A stretch of DNA of 64,000 bases from Phycisphaera sp. TMED9 (GCA_002167845.2 NHBO02000064.1:80910-144909), one strand, 5' to 3'; positions 9,256-19,718 are shown, counted from the first letter of the stretch. Program-made: numbers and translations. Notes: generated by a model from the sequence alone, not told the origin.

Positions 9256-10461
9256 TCAACGCGTTCGTCGTTCGTCGCTGGTGTCTTCGACCTCGGGTGA
9301 CCACCACGTGGCGATCCGACGATCGGATCGGGCGATGCCCGGATCCTGCGGGGGAGCGGGGACGAGACTCATGCGGGTGATGACCGGGGGGGTGGTCGGC
9401 TTGCCCGCGGCGGCATCCTCGATCTCGACGTCGGCGGTCTTGGCGATGGTCTCGGCGCCATCCACCGCGAACCCGAACGCGCAGTACTGCCCGTCGAGCC
9501 GGGCGGTGCCTTCGCGTCCCAGGCAGAAGAAGAACTGGCTCCCCGCACTGTCGGGGTGATCGGCCCGAGCCATCGAGATGACGCCGAGGTCGTGGGCGAG
9601 CGTGGAATTCTCCATCGGAAGATCCCAGCCCGCACTGCCTTCACCGGTACCGCTGGGATCACCACCCTGGATCACGAATCGACGGCCGGTGCGATCGAAG
9701 TGAACGACGCGGTGGAACGTGGTGTCGTCGTAGAACCCGTTCTCGGCGAGATGACGGAAGTTCCACGCGGTGTTGGGCGCGGCTTCGGGGGCGAGGGCGA
9801 CGAGGATCTCTCCCGCATCGGTCTCGACCCGCACGTCCCGATCGGGGTAGATCCGAAACCCGGTCAGGACCGGCGGCTCGCCTGGATCCCAGTCCGGCGA
9901 GAGTTTCATCTTCTCCAGTTCCGCGACGTCTTCTTCGTCTTGGGGATCGAGCGTCGTGTCGCCGAACCCGATGATGCGGGTGTACCGGGTGTCGGTTCCG
10001 GGGCGGAAGTCACGGGTGGTGCGAACCGGGGTTCGGCCGATCATGGGTTGGACGACCAGCGGTGTGCCCGTCGCCATCCCGTCGGCGACCACCTGGACCC
10101 GCGCGGCCTGTTCCAGATCCGCGATCGCGGGCAGCGCCGCGATCAGATCGAATTCGCCGGGCATCCCGCCATTGGCACTGTCCAGAACGGTTCCGTCCGT
10201 ATCGATCAGCACCAGGTCGAATCCGCCTTCGGGGGAGACGGTGCGACCTCGGAGGGAGAGCACCACCGGGATCGGCCGACCGATCCGGTTGTAGAGCCGC
10301 TTGGGTTGGAGCAGGTCCTGGGTGATGCCGGACGCCTGGGCGACGGTGGCCGGACCGGGGAGGATCGAGCTGGAGCCATTCGCCGGAGTCGTGAACAGAC
10401 ATCCGAGGAGCAGCATGCCCGAGAGGCGCCGGAGGAGGGGCTGGTGGGATCGGTGGGACAT
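9256..10461 (-). CDS. Exported cyclophilin-type PPIase with N-terminal extension
   Basis: Signal peptide. C-terminal domain with APNTAWNF, FYDDTTFHRV, FVIQGGDP, ISMARADHPDSAGSQFF, YCAFG. Confidence 0.88.
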   Translation of the reverse strand: MSHRSHQPLLRRLSGMLLLGCLFTTPANGSSSILPGPATVAQASGITQDLLQPKRLYNRIGRPIPVVLSLRGRTVSPEGGFDLVLIDTDGTVLDSANGGMPGEFDLIAALPAIADLEQAARVQVVADGMATGTPLVVQPMIGRTPVRTTRDFRPGTDTRYTRIIGFGDTTLDPQDEEDVAELEKMKLSPDWDPGEPPVLTGFRIYPDRDVRVETDAGEILVALAPEAAPNTAWNFRHLAENGFYDDTTFHRVVHFDRTGRRFVIQGGDPSGTGEGSAGWDLPMENSTLAHDLGVISMARADHPDSAGSQFFFCLGREGTARLDGQYCAFGFAVDGAETIAKTADVEIEDAAAGKPTTPPVITRMSLVPAPPQDPGIARSDRRIATWWSPEVEDTSDERRTR

Positions 10462-10535
10462 CGGAAGGCTCCGGAGACGGTGATCCGGACGACTCGCACG
10501 ATGGAAGTCCTCGGGATCCGTAGAATGAGGGCCGA

Positions 10536-12092
10536 ATGACGACCGGCCTCACCAGAAACGATATCGCCTCCACCCGACTCATCGTCGGTTTGGAGATCCA
10601 CGTCGAGTTGTCCACCCGCTCGAAGATGTTCACCAGAGCGGCGAATCCGGCCTGTCCGGAGTTCGAGGACGCCGAGCCGAACACCCTGGTGGATCCGCTG
10701 GTGGCCGCCCTGCCCGGCAGCCTTCCGGTCATGAACCGCCGAGCGGTCGAGATGTCGGCGATGGTGGGGATGGCGCTGGGCTGCTCGATCGCCGAGCACG
10801 CGAAGTGGGATCGGAAGAATTACGCCTATCCGGATCTGCCCAAGGGCTACCAGATCAGCCAGTACGACCTTCCACTGTGCTTTGACGGGGCGGTCGACAT
10901 TCCGTCGGTGAGCGCCGATGCCGATGGCGGGATGCGTCGAATCGGCATCACTCGGGCACATCTCGAGGAGGACACGGGCAAGCTCGGGCATGAACTTCCC
11001 GGAGGGGTTCGCTACTCGGGAAGTCTGGTGGATCTGAATCGGGCCGGAACACCACTGCTCGAGATCGTGACCGAACCCGACTTCGATTGTGCGGAAGACG
11101 TGGTGACCTTCGCTCGGGAGCTCCGTTCGATCTGCCGGTTCCTCGGCGTGACCGAAGGGGTCATGCAGAAGGGCCACATGCGGTTCGAGCCGAACATCAA
11201 CCTGGTGATCGACACCACCGACGGTCGGGAGTTCCGGACACCGGTGATCGAGATCAAGAACCTCAACAGTTTTCGAGCGGTCGACGGCGCGATTCGCCAC
11301 GAGACCGAACGTCAGCTCGAGGAGTTCCTCAGCACCGGGCGGGTCATGGGCATGGGAATGAAACAGACGCGAGGCTGGGATGACGACCGTCTGGTGACCG
11401 TCCTGCAGCGTGAGAAGGAAGACGCGCACGACTACCGGTATTTTCCGGAGCCCGATCTGGTTCCCGTCGAGATGGACGAGGCCTGGAAGGATCGGATTCG
11501 AGCGTCGATTCCCGAACTGCCGATCGCCCGGCGAGCGCGGTATCACGACGAGTTCGGTCTTCCGGAGAAGGACGCGTCCGCCTTGATCGATGACCAGGGC
11601 CTGTGTCACTTCTTCGAACGAACCGTGGACGCCCAACTGGCCGTGGCCGATCCGCCGAGTTCACGGAATGCAGGGCATGACAGTGCCAAACTGCTCTTGA
11701 ATCAGATGGCCAAGAAAGCCAACGAATCGGGGGTGGTCGCGCACGAGATCGGCATCACCGCCGAGCAGGTCGGAGAGTTGCTCGCCTTGCGCCGCTCGGG
11801 GGAGCTCCCGACGCAGGCGATCGATCGGCTTCTCGAGCTCGCCTCGGAATCCCCGCAATCCGTCGCGGAACTCGCGGAGGCGAACGACCTGCTCGCGATC
11901 CGTGATGAAGGGGCGATCGAGGGGTGGCTCGCGGAAGCGGTGGTCGCTCAGCCGCAAGCGGCCGAAGATGTCCGAAACGGCAAGGATGCGGCGATCGGGC
12001 GACTGGTCGGCGCGGTGATGAAGGCGTCCGGTGGACAAGCGGATGCGAAGGACGTTCGAGAGCGACTCTTCGCGATGCTCCGCGACGGGTGA
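10536..12092 (+). CDS. gatB: Asp-tRNA(Asn)/Glu-tRNA(Gln) amidotransferase subunit B
   Basis: GLEIHVEL, RKNYAYPDLPKGYQISQ, HLEEDTGK, DLNRAGTPLLEIV, EIKNLNSF, DYRYFPEPDL. Confidence 0.98.
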   Translation: MTTGLTRNDIASTRLIVGLEIHVELSTRSKMFTRAANPACPEFEDAEPNTLVDPLVAALPGSLPVMNRRAVEMSAMVGMALGCSIAEHAKWDRKNYAYPDLPKGYQISQYDLPLCFDGAVDIPSVSADADGGMRRIGITRAHLEEDTGKLGHELPGGVRYSGSLVDLNRAGTPLLEIVTEPDFDCAEDVVTFARELRSICRFLGVTEGVMQKGHMRFEPNINLVIDTTDGREFRTPVIEIKNLNSFRAVDGAIRHETERQLEEFLSTGRVMGMGMKQTRGWDDDRLVTVLQREKEDAHDYRYFPEPDLVPVEMDEAWKDRIRASIPELPIARRARYHDEFGLPEKDASALIDDQGLCHFFERTVDAQLAVADPPSSRNAGHDSAKLLLNQMAKKANESGVVAHEIGITAEQVGELLALRRSGELPTQAIDRLLELASESPQSVAELAEANDLLAIRDEGAIEGWLAEAVVAQPQAAEDVRNGKDAAIGRLVGAVMKASGGQADAKDVRERLFAMLRDG

Positions 12093-12179
12093 AACACGGC
12101 ATCGTTGGTTGCAGAAGCTCGTTGCAGGACTGATCACGTACTCTGAGGACCCGGGGCTCCCGGGACGATTGGAAGAACC

Positions 12180-12731
12180 ATGCAGGAAGACCTTTCCGAG
12201 ATTCTGCTCGACTCCGACTCGATCGCTCGACGAGTCGAGGAGATCGCTTCGGAACTCGGCCGGCGGTTGGCGCCGCTCGCCGAACGGGATGAACCGGTGG
12301 TTCTGGTCCCCGTGCTCACCGGGAGCCTGGTGTTCACGGCCGACCTGATCCGCCATCTCCCACAGAAGATGCGGCTCGACGTGGTGACCGTCTCGAGTTA
12401 CGCGGGAGCGACGACGGAGAGTCGAGGCGCCACGCTCCGCGGGGCCGTCCCCGAAGATCTGGCCGGTCGGCACGTGGTTCTGGTCGACGACATCTTCGAC
12501 ACGGGCAACACGCTGAGTCTGCTCGACGGTCTGGTGAAGGAACGCGGGGCGGCGAGCGTCACCATCTGCGTTCTGCTGGCGAAGCCCTCGCGGTACGAAG
12601 TCGAACTTCGGCCCGATCTGATCGGCTTCGAGATTCCCGACGCCTTCGTGGTCGGATACGGACTGGACTACGACGGGCTGTACCGCAACCTTCCGTTCAT
12701 CGGAATCCTCAAACCGGAGGCGGTCAAGTGA
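12180..12731 (+). CDS. hpt: Hypoxanthine phosphoribosyltransferase
   Basis: VLTGSLVF, VSSY, VVLVDDIFDTGNTL PRPP loop, FVVGYGLDY...YRNLPFI. Confidence 0.95.
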   Translation: MQEDLSEILLDSDSIARRVEEIASELGRRLAPLAERDEPVVLVPVLTGSLVFTADLIRHLPQKMRLDVVTVSSYAGATTESRGATLRGAVPEDLAGRHVVLVDDIFDTGNTLSLLDGLVKERGAASVTICVLLAKPSRYEVELRPDLIGFEIPDAFVVGYGLDYDGLYRNLPFIGILKPEAVK

Positions 12732-13327
12732 CCGGAATCGCGGGACTGGATGAAGAGGACGAGACGCGTGCTCCGTTCAGTGGGGACGGCGACGCGGTGC
12801 TGGCGGTGGAGGATCATCCGCTCATCGTGTCCTCGCTGATCTCCGACGGAGAGATCGTTCTGATGGTGATTCGTCCGAGCCTCTGGATGGTCAGCCTCTG
12901 GTCGATCGGCGCGCTGGGCGTGATCGCCGGGATGGTCTTCGCGTTGGCGTGGGCGTCCAGTTTCTCCTGGGCGGGCTGGACCGAGCAGCAGGCGTTCGGC
13001 CTTGGTCTGGTGCTGGCCGGAATCAGACTCGTCTGGCAGTTCCTCGACTGGATGAATCGTCTCTACGTATTGACGGACCGTCGCGTCATTCGACGTCGCG
13101 GCATTTTTCAGGTCGATGTGTTCGAAGCGAGGCTTGATCGAATCCAACAGACCTCGGTGCTGCAACTGGTTCGGGAACGAGCCTTCGGGTTGGGGACCGT
13201 CGCCTTCGCCACGGCGGGAACCGGAACCCTCGATGCACTCTGGGAAGCGATCGAAGATCCCTTCACCGTGCACCGCGCCGTCACGCAGGCGATCGATCGA
13301 TACGGGCGTGGGTCGGGTGGCGTCTAG
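12728..13327 (+). CDS. Membrane protein with bacterial PH (bPH_2/DUF304-like) domain
   Basis: Two TM segments followed by YVLTDRRVIRRRGIF...RIQ...FGLGTV pattern; overlaps the hpt stop. Confidence 0.75.
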   Translation: MTGIAGLDEEDETRAPFSGDGDAVLAVEDHPLIVSSLISDGEIVLMVIRPSLWMVSLWSIGALGVIAGMVFALAWASSFSWAGWTEQQAFGLGLVLAGIRLVWQFLDWMNRLYVLTDRRVIRRRGIFQVDVFEARLDRIQQTSVLQLVRERAFGLGTVAFATAGTGTLDALWEAIEDPFTVHRAVTQAIDRYGRGSGGV

Positions 13328-14304
13328 GGAGCCGGCGTTCGGGCGGCGATGACTTCGGCGATCGTCTTCGACTCGACGACGATGAATCCCTGATCCGGGC
13401 GGATCACCGATCGGTGGGGAGCGTTCGTCGATCCGACCGAACCGATCGGGCCGAGCACCGCGATTCCGCCATTCATCGTTCGAGCGAGATCAAGTCGTTT
13501 CAATCCGGCATCCGTGACGTCGTTGGTGATGACCGGACGGGGGCTCTCCAGGAAGTCGAGGGTTCCTGCGCTCGCGGCGGCGGCGCCCGTCACCAGAACG
13601 GCGGTGGCGATGCTGATGGTTCCGACCAGCCCGCGGACCCAGCGATCGAGCGGCATTCGAAAGACCAATACTGCCAGAAGAACGGCCAGCATCGCGGCGA
13701 CCGTGTCCGCGGCGGCGACGTCTCTGACCACGTCCACCCAGACGGTCTCACCCGGATTCGCATCCTCGAAGGTCGGCCGCCGGGTCAATGCGGCGACGCT
13801 GACGATGCCGATGTCCGCGGCGGCCACGAGGGCGGCGGCGATTCCCGCGGCGATGCGAGCCGCGGGTTTCGGCGGTGCCAGGCCGGGACGCATCGGTCGC
13901 GCGGCCACGATCCCCGCGATGGGCGGAATCAGGAGTGCCATCGCGGCGGCGAAGAAGAGTGGTTCGACCACGCCTGCTTCGTACAACGCTCGAATCATGG
14001 CACCCGGCATGCGAGCACCGGTGACGAAGGTCTGTCCGAGCGGCCGGAGCATCTCACCCATGCCGAGCCAGCGTTCGATGCCGGCCCGCTCGGCGACCGA
14101 GCCGAGTGCGAGGATGCCCACGCCCGAAGCCAGCGTCACGAAGGCGACCAGTCCCAGTCGAACGCCGTCTCGAGCCGGATCATCCGGACGAAGGGATCCC
14201 TGAGCGATCGCGGCGGACGCGATGTCGGCCGCGGCGCGTCGGCGAGCCGACGATCCGCTGCGACGTCGGGTGCTGGGTCCGGGTTCGGGGACGATGTTGG
14301 GCAT
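13324..14304 (-). CDS. Hypothetical multi-pass membrane protein
   Basis: 326-aa ORF with ~5 hydrophobic segments, directly downstream of the DnaJ-class gene on the same strand. Confidence 0.65.
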   Translation of the reverse strand: MPNIVPEPGPSTRRRSGSSARRRAAADIASAAIAQGSLRPDDPARDGVRLGLVAFVTLASGVGILALGSVAERAGIERWLGMGEMLRPLGQTFVTGARMPGAMIRALYEAGVVEPLFFAAAMALLIPPIAGIVAARPMRPGLAPPKPAARIAAGIAAALVAAADIGIVSVAALTRRPTFEDANPGETVWVDVVRDVAAADTVAAMLAVLLAVLVFRMPLDRWVRGLVGTISIATAVLVTGAAAASAGTLDFLESPRPVITNDVTDAGLKRLDLARTMNGGIAVLGPIGSVGSTNAPHRSVIRPDQGFIVVESKTIAEVIAARTPAP

Positions 14305-14358
14305 GGGGTGGAATGTGTCTCGTCGAGTGAGGAGAGGTTGGTTGAAAACCGTCGGAAC

Positions 14359-15336
14359 TCAGTCTTCGGGAATCTCGCCGGCCCAGGACACGAGCGATCG
14401 CGGGTTGGGCAGACTGTTGGCGATCGACTCGAGCGCCGCGCGATCGTCTTCCGAAAGATCATCGGCCTTCGGCGCCACGATCTCCAACACCGCGTAGAGA
14501 TCGCCGGCCTGCTTCTTCGCGTCGACCACGCCCTTCCCCTTCAGGCGGAGCTTGGCACCGCTTCGCACGCCGGGGGGGACCTTCAAGGTGGCGGTTCCCT
14601 TCATGAGGGGAACCGTCACTTCTCCTCCCAGGATGGCCTCCGCGACCGTGATGGGGACGACGATGCTCAGATCCAAGCCGTCACGAGTGAACCATGGGTG
14701 GCGACCGACCTTGATCTGAAGCAGCAGATCACCGCTCGGTCCGCCGTTGGATCCGGGAAGTCCCTTGTCCCGAATTCTCAGCGTGCTTCCGGTCTGGACA
14801 CCCGCGGGAATGCGAACGTCGATCGAGGTGGGCGTGCCGTCCTGAGCGGCGATTCGAATGGTCTCGGTCCCGCCGAACGCCGCGGCGGCGAAACCGACTT
14901 CGAGTTCGTGTTCGAGGTCTCGTCCCTTGGTCGGTCCGGCGGGTCGTTCTCCGCCCATGCCACCGCCGAACCCGCCGAAGCCAGCGAAGCCTCCGCCTCC
15001 GCCACCGCCGCGTCGCGATCGCCCTCCGAAGGACTCGCCGAAGATCGACTCGAAGTCGTCGGGCGTGACGTTCTGCCACGGGCCTGGTCCGGCTTGTCCG
15101 GGCGACTGCCCGTCGGCTCCGGCATGGCCGTATCGATCGTAGCGCGACCGTTTCTCGGTATCGGACAGCACGTCGTAGGCGGCCTGGATCTCGTTGAATC
15201 TCGTCGCGGCGTCCGCATCCTGATTGAGGTCGGGATGGAATTTCCGCGCCAGTTTCCGATGGGCGTTCCGGATGGCTTCCGGACTCGCCCCACGGTCGAT
15301 TCCGAGGACTTCGTAATGGTCTTTTTGGTCGGACAT
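14359..15336 (-). CDS. DnaJ-class chaperone lacking the zinc finger (CbpA/DnaJ class B)
   Basis: J domain with HPD (KFHPDLN), G/F-rich linker, DnaJ C-terminal domain (GDLLL, VPITVAEAILGG), no CxxCxGxG repeats. Confidence 0.93.
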   Translation of the reverse strand: MSDQKDHYEVLGIDRGASPEAIRNAHRKLARKFHPDLNQDADAATRFNEIQAAYDVLSDTEKRSRYDRYGHAGADGQSPGQAGPGPWQNVTPDDFESIFGESFGGRSRRGGGGGGGFAGFGGFGGGMGGERPAGPTKGRDLEHELEVGFAAAAFGGTETIRIAAQDGTPTSIDVRIPAGVQTGSTLRIRDKGLPGSNGGPSGDLLLQIKVGRHPWFTRDGLDLSIVVPITVAEAILGGEVTVPLMKGTATLKVPPGVRSGAKLRLKGKGVVDAKKQAGDLYAVLEIVAPKADDLSEDDRAALESIANSLPNPRSLVSWAGEIPED

Positions 15337-15437
15337 GGCGGACTGTGAATTATAGATGACCCTCGGCCGATCGCCGACTCTCGTTTATCGGCTTTTCCCC
15401 ACGTCGGGGGTGAAGCCGTCGGGGTAGCATCCCCTCT

Positions 15438-17537
15438 ATGGCATCAAGAGGTGACGTATCCCTGCCCGTCATGACGTCTGGGGCCTCCGCGGCTCCAGCA
15501 GGCGGGCCCGTGGCGAAGAGCCGGATGGAGAAGCGGCGATTCATCGTCCTGCTCATCGTCCAGACCCTCATGATCGTCCACGTGATTCAGTGGTTGATCA
15601 TGGGAACGACGGTGGCGCCGATCGAGCCCAGCGAGTCGATTCAGACCGTTCGAGAGGGCGTGATCACGGTCGGGTTCATCTTCTTCCTTCTCGCGATCGG
15701 TTCGACCCTGATTCTCGGCCGCTTCTTCTGCGGCTGGGGATGCCACGTGATTCTGCTTCAGGACTTCTGCGGGCGACTTCTTGCTCGGTTCGGATTGAGA
15801 CCCAAGCCGTTCCGATCACGTTTGCTCGTGTGGATGCCGCTGGCGCTCGCGCTCTACATGTTCGTCTGGCCCGTGGCGTATCGATTCCTCGTCGCCCCAT
15901 GGGTCGGTGGATTGTCGCCCTGGCCGGGTTGGTCCTGGGAAGTCACCACCGAGAATTTCTGGGTCACCTTTCCCGGTCTCGCCATGTCGATTCCCTTCCT
16001 GCTGATCTGCGGCTTTCTCACCGTGTATCTCCTCGGTATGAAGGGGTATTGCACCTACGCCTGTCCGTATGGCGGCTTCTTCGCACCCGCCGAACAAGTG
16101 TCGCCGGTGAGAATCCGCGTGAACGATGACTGCGAGCATTGCGGTCACTGCACCGCCGTCTGCACCAGCAACGTCCGGGTGCACGAAGAGGTCGAAGCCT
16201 TCGGCATGGTCGTCGACCCGGGGTGCATGAAGTGCATGGACTGCGTGAGCGTCTGTCCGAACGACGCACTTTCGCTGGGCCTCGGTCGGCCGGCGATTTC
16301 CGTCGATGCCGTCGAGAAGGCGGAGAAAGCGGAAAAGACCAACGCCGGTTCTCGGTACGACCTTTCCTGGCCCGAAGAAATCGTCTTCGCGCTGCTCGCG
16401 GTCGGTCTGCTGTTCTCCATCCGGGGGGCCTACGCCCTGCCACTTCTGTTTGCGAGCGGCGTCGCGGCCTGCGCCACGTGGATCACCTGGAAGGCGTGGC
16501 GGATGCTTCGTGATCCGAATGTCTCGTTCCACCGCATGGCGCTCCGACGAGACGGTCGTTACCGCCCCGGTGGGATCGGGTTCCTGGCCTTCGCGGCACT
16601 CATGCTTGGGTTCGCCGCCTGGACCGGCGCCGCCAACTTCGCGGCTCAGATGGCATTTCGATACGACGAGAAGGTCATGACTCCGCCCGGCATCGTCTTC
16701 ACATCCGGATACGTCGTGCCGGAGGCCGCGGTCGCTGCGAATGCCGAGGCGTCGCTGAAGTGGTATCGCCGAGCGTCATTCATCGGAGATGGCGGTTGGT
16801 CGCCCATTCCAGCGTATCGGCAGATGTTCGCGGTTCGTGAAGCGTGGCTTCAATCCGTTCAGGGCCGGTTCAAGCCGGCCATGGCGGAGTTGGATGACAC
16901 CATCGAGCGTCTGGGAATCAACGAGGATCTCGCGATGGCGCGGAGTCGGATTCTCCGGATGGTCGATCCGACCCAGGTCGATGCGTGGTACGGCAAGGTT
17001 CTCGAAGAGCATCCGACGTGGATGTTGCTTCGTGATGAACGAGTCATGTGGCGCTTGGAGGAGATGACTCCGCAGAGCGCCATCGCGGAGGCGCGAGTCG
17101 GACTGGCGGCGATGCCCGATGAACTTCTTCCCAAGCGCCGACTGGCCGTGCTTCTGGTCGATCATGGAAATCAGAGCGAGATCGCGGAAAGCGCCGATCT
17201 CACCGAAGCCACGCTGCAGGTCGAGCCGGAGAATCCGAACGCCTGGCGTGCGTTGGCGCTCGCCCGAGCGAAGACCGGGGATTTCGAGCGTGCGGAAGCC
17301 GCCATGCGGGAGGCCATTCGACTCGCGGGCGGAGACTGGCGATTGCGTCACCAGTTCGCGCTTCTGCTCAACGAACGAATGAAGCGGGCCGAAGCGGAAG
17401 CCGAGTTGGCCGAGTCGATTCGATTGTGGGAGCTGGCCGGCGGCGAGGTGATCGGTGATCGGCCGGTGCTTCCGGATCCCTTCGCCACGACTCCGCTCGG
17501 GCCGCAGATGGGACCGGAGCGACCTTCGTCACCTTGA
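15438..17537 (+). CDS. Membrane 4Fe-4S binding protein (NapH/MauN/CcoG-like) fused to C-terminal TPR repeats
   Basis: GRFFCGWGCH, YCTYACPYG, CEHCGHCTAVC, CMKCMDCVSVCP, multiple TMs. TPR-like EPENPNAWRALALA...AEAAMREAIRL. Confidence 0.82.
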   Translation: MASRGDVSLPVMTSGASAAPAGGPVAKSRMEKRRFIVLLIVQTLMIVHVIQWLIMGTTVAPIEPSESIQTVREGVITVGFIFFLLAIGSTLILGRFFCGWGCHVILLQDFCGRLLARFGLRPKPFRSRLLVWMPLALALYMFVWPVAYRFLVAPWVGGLSPWPGWSWEVTTENFWVTFPGLAMSIPFLLICGFLTVYLLGMKGYCTYACPYGGFFAPAEQVSPVRIRVNDDCEHCGHCTAVCTSNVRVHEEVEAFGMVVDPGCMKCMDCVSVCPNDALSLGLGRPAISVDAVEKAEKAEKTNAGSRYDLSWPEEIVFALLAVGLLFSIRGAYALPLLFASGVAACATWITWKAWRMLRDPNVSFHRMALRRDGRYRPGGIGFLAFAALMLGFAAWTGAANFAAQMAFRYDEKVMTPPGIVFTSGYVVPEAAVAANAEASLKWYRRASFIGDGGWSPIPAYRQMFAVREAWLQSVQGRFKPAMAELDDTIERLGINEDLAMARSRILRMVDPTQVDAWYGKVLEEHPTWMLLRDERVMWRLEEMTPQSAIAEARVGLAAMPDELLPKRRLAVLLVDHGNQSEIAESADLTEATLQVEPENPNAWRALALARAKTGDFERAEAAMREAIRLAGGDWRLRHQFALLLNERMKRAEAEAELAESIRLWELAGGEVIGDRPVLPDPFATTPLGPQMGPERPSSP

Positions 17538-17584
17538 CTCGGTGTTGAAGCGGCGGCCTCGCCGTCAGTCTCGGTCGATCTTGA

Positions 17585-18058
17585 TCAGGCGCGGGCGGCG
17601 GCATCGAGGCCGGCGAGCAACTGATAGAGATCCTGACTGCTGTCGGCTGCATAGGCGCGGGATCGGACGCTCGGATCCGACATGAACTTGCTGATTCGAC
17701 CGAGGGCCTGAATGTGGTCGGCGATTCGATCGGCAGGACTCGCCAGCAGGACGATCATCCGAACCCGTTCGCCGTCGATGGCGTCGAACTCCAGCGGCTC
17801 CGACGGAATTCCAATGGCCATGGTGATCTCCCGGACGCCCGGGCATTTTCCATGGGGGATCGCGAGTCCCTCTCCGATTCCGGTCGAACGCTGACCTTCG
17901 CGTTCCCAGACCGTCTTGCGGAAGTTCTCGGCATCGGTCACGGAACTCGAGGTACAGACGAGATCACAGAGCTCATCGATCACGGCGCGTTTGGAATCGC
18001 CGTCGAGCGGGACCTTGATGAGTTCAGGCTTGAGAATTGAATTGAGGTCGAAGGCCAC
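17585..18058 (-). CDS. PTS EIIA type-2 (PtsN/fructose-type) domain protein
   Basis: EREGQRSTGIGEGLAIPHG phospho-His motif, FDAIDG, HIQAL. Probable GTG start at 18058 with GGAG upstream. Confidence 0.9.
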   Translation of the reverse strand: MAFDLNSILKPELIKVPLDGDSKRAVIDELCDLVCTSSSVTDAENFRKTVWEREGQRSTGIGEGLAIPHGKCPGVREITMAIGIPSEPLEFDAIDGERVRMIVLLASPADRIADHIQALGRISKFMSDPSVRSRAYAADSSQDLYQLLAGLDAAARA

Positions 18059-18171
18059 GGGTGTACTCCGCCGGGCGGGCCGGTCAGGCAAAGGAGAATC
18101 CGACGATCGTAGCAGTCTCGGGGTTGAATATCGCGGCCTTGGCGAAAATCCGAGCCAGCCGGTCGTGGCGG

Positions 18172-19713
18172 TCAGGCGCTATCGGGCGTCGAGTCGCCTT
18201 CGATTTTCGGAGATTCCCCGGGGATTTCGGGCTCCAGATCGAGCTCCGCATCGTCCATGCGGTCCGCCTCGGCGGTTCCCGGGCGGTCCGACTTCAGGAG
18301 AACGGCGTGGAAGCTTCCGTCATGGATCCGGGCGGGGGGGTCACCGGGCATGCCGGCGGGGAAACGCTGAGTGGCATTGCGGCAATCCAGGCCGAATCGG
18401 CGTTCCATCCAGGCGACCATCCGGCGATTCTCCGTCGGTTCCAGACTGCAGGTCGAGAAGAGGATGGCGCCATTCGGCGACAGGAAGGGCTCGGCCTCAC
18501 GAACGATTCGTCTTTGAAGCGTGGCGATCGATGCGAGGGATTCCCGGCTGAATCGATATTTCGCTTCCGGACGTCGAGGAAGGACGCCGGTGTTCGTGCA
18601 CGGGACGTCCAAAGCGAGGAGATCGACCAGTCCGATCGCCTTGCCGAGTTGATCCGGCGGAAGCACTTCGATGGTCGGGTGATTCGCGAATCCTCGCTCC
18701 AGATCGGCGTAGCGGACGGCATCCACATCGGTGGCGAGAATCATCGCATCGGGGAATGCTTGAGCGAGTTGACGCGTCTTGGTACCTCGTCCGGCACAGA
18801 AATCGAGGATTCTCTTGGGCTTCAAGCCGTAGGCGCCGGCGACCGGTTCGGCACTGGCGGGATCCTGCACCCGGCTTCGAGGGTAGGCCTCGAGGAATCG
18901 CTCGATTCCCGCACGCCTTGGATTGAAGACGAAGAAGCCGGCTCGATCGTGCGGCGACAAGGGGCCGTCTTCCTCGGCTTCGGGGCGGATCTCTTCCGGA
19001 TCATCGGCCGTGATGCAGATCGGGGGCCTCACCAGATCGTGGCGGCAGAGCTCCCGGGTCTTGGCCATGCCATGCGCGCCGATCCAATGGACGACGAGGT
19101 CTTCGCCATGGCTGGTCTGTTGTTCGAGCCGAAGGACCTCTTCTTCCGCGAAAATGGGTTGGTCGAGGACGATCGCTCTTCCGTCGGAGAGGGGAAGAAG
19201 ATCCCGGCGTTCATGAAAAGCCTGCGCGTCCGGGTGCTCCGCGGGGAGCGTGTCCTTTCGGAGGCGGGCCACCTTGCGGAGCACGGCATTGACGAGTCCT
19301 GCGGCTGCCTGATGGACATGTTGACGAACACGGTTGACCGACTCGTTGATCGCGGCGTGGTCCGGAACCCCATCGAGCAGCAGGAGTTCGGCGGCCCCCG
19401 TGAGCAGGGCGGCTCGAACCGCTGGTTGGAGGGTGTGCCACTTTCGATCGATCTGCGAGGACAGCACGGTCTCGAGCGTGATCCACCGTTCCAGAATCGC
19501 CGACTCCAGGGCGCGGGCGAAGGCGGCGTCGCGCGGCGACAGCCCTCGGGTGTCCGCGGATCCCAGCGGAAGATCAGGGAACCGCTGGGTCAGCTTGATG
19601 AGACGCTCGTGAACCCGGTATCTGGCATCGTTTTGCGAGATGACTGGAGGCGGCGTCTGGCCACGCTTGAATTGTCCGCTTGGGCGGCCGCCGCGGGTTC
19701 GTCGATCATTCAT
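18172..19713 (-). CDS. rsmB: 16S rRNA m5C967 methyltransferase RsmB-like (NusB domain + NOL1/NOP2/Sun MTase)
   Basis: NusB-like VPDHAAINESV...GLVNAVLRK, VQDPAS, LDFCAGRGTKT, DVPCTNTG, STCS. ATG at 19713 just after metK. Confidence 0.87.
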   Translation of the reverse strand: MNDRRTRGGRPSGQFKRGQTPPPVISQNDARYRVHERLIKLTQRFPDLPLGSADTRGLSPRDAAFARALESAILERWITLETVLSSQIDRKWHTLQPAVRAALLTGAAELLLLDGVPDHAAINESVNRVRQHVHQAAAGLVNAVLRKVARLRKDTLPAEHPDAQAFHERRDLLPLSDGRAIVLDQPIFAEEEVLRLEQQTSHGEDLVVHWIGAHGMAKTRELCRHDLVRPPICITADDPEEIRPEAEEDGPLSPHDRAGFFVFNPRRAGIERFLEAYPRSRVQDPASAEPVAGAYGLKPKRILDFCAGRGTKTRQLAQAFPDAMILATDVDAVRYADLERGFANHPTIEVLPPDQLGKAIGLVDLLALDVPCTNTGVLPRRPEAKYRFSRESLASIATLQRRIVREAEPFLSPNGAILFSTCSLEPTENRRMVAWMERRFGLDCRNATQRFPAGMPGDPPARIHDGSFHAVLLKSDRPGTAEADRMDDAELDLEPEIPGESPKIEGDSTPDSA

Positions 19714-19718
19714 GTGGA

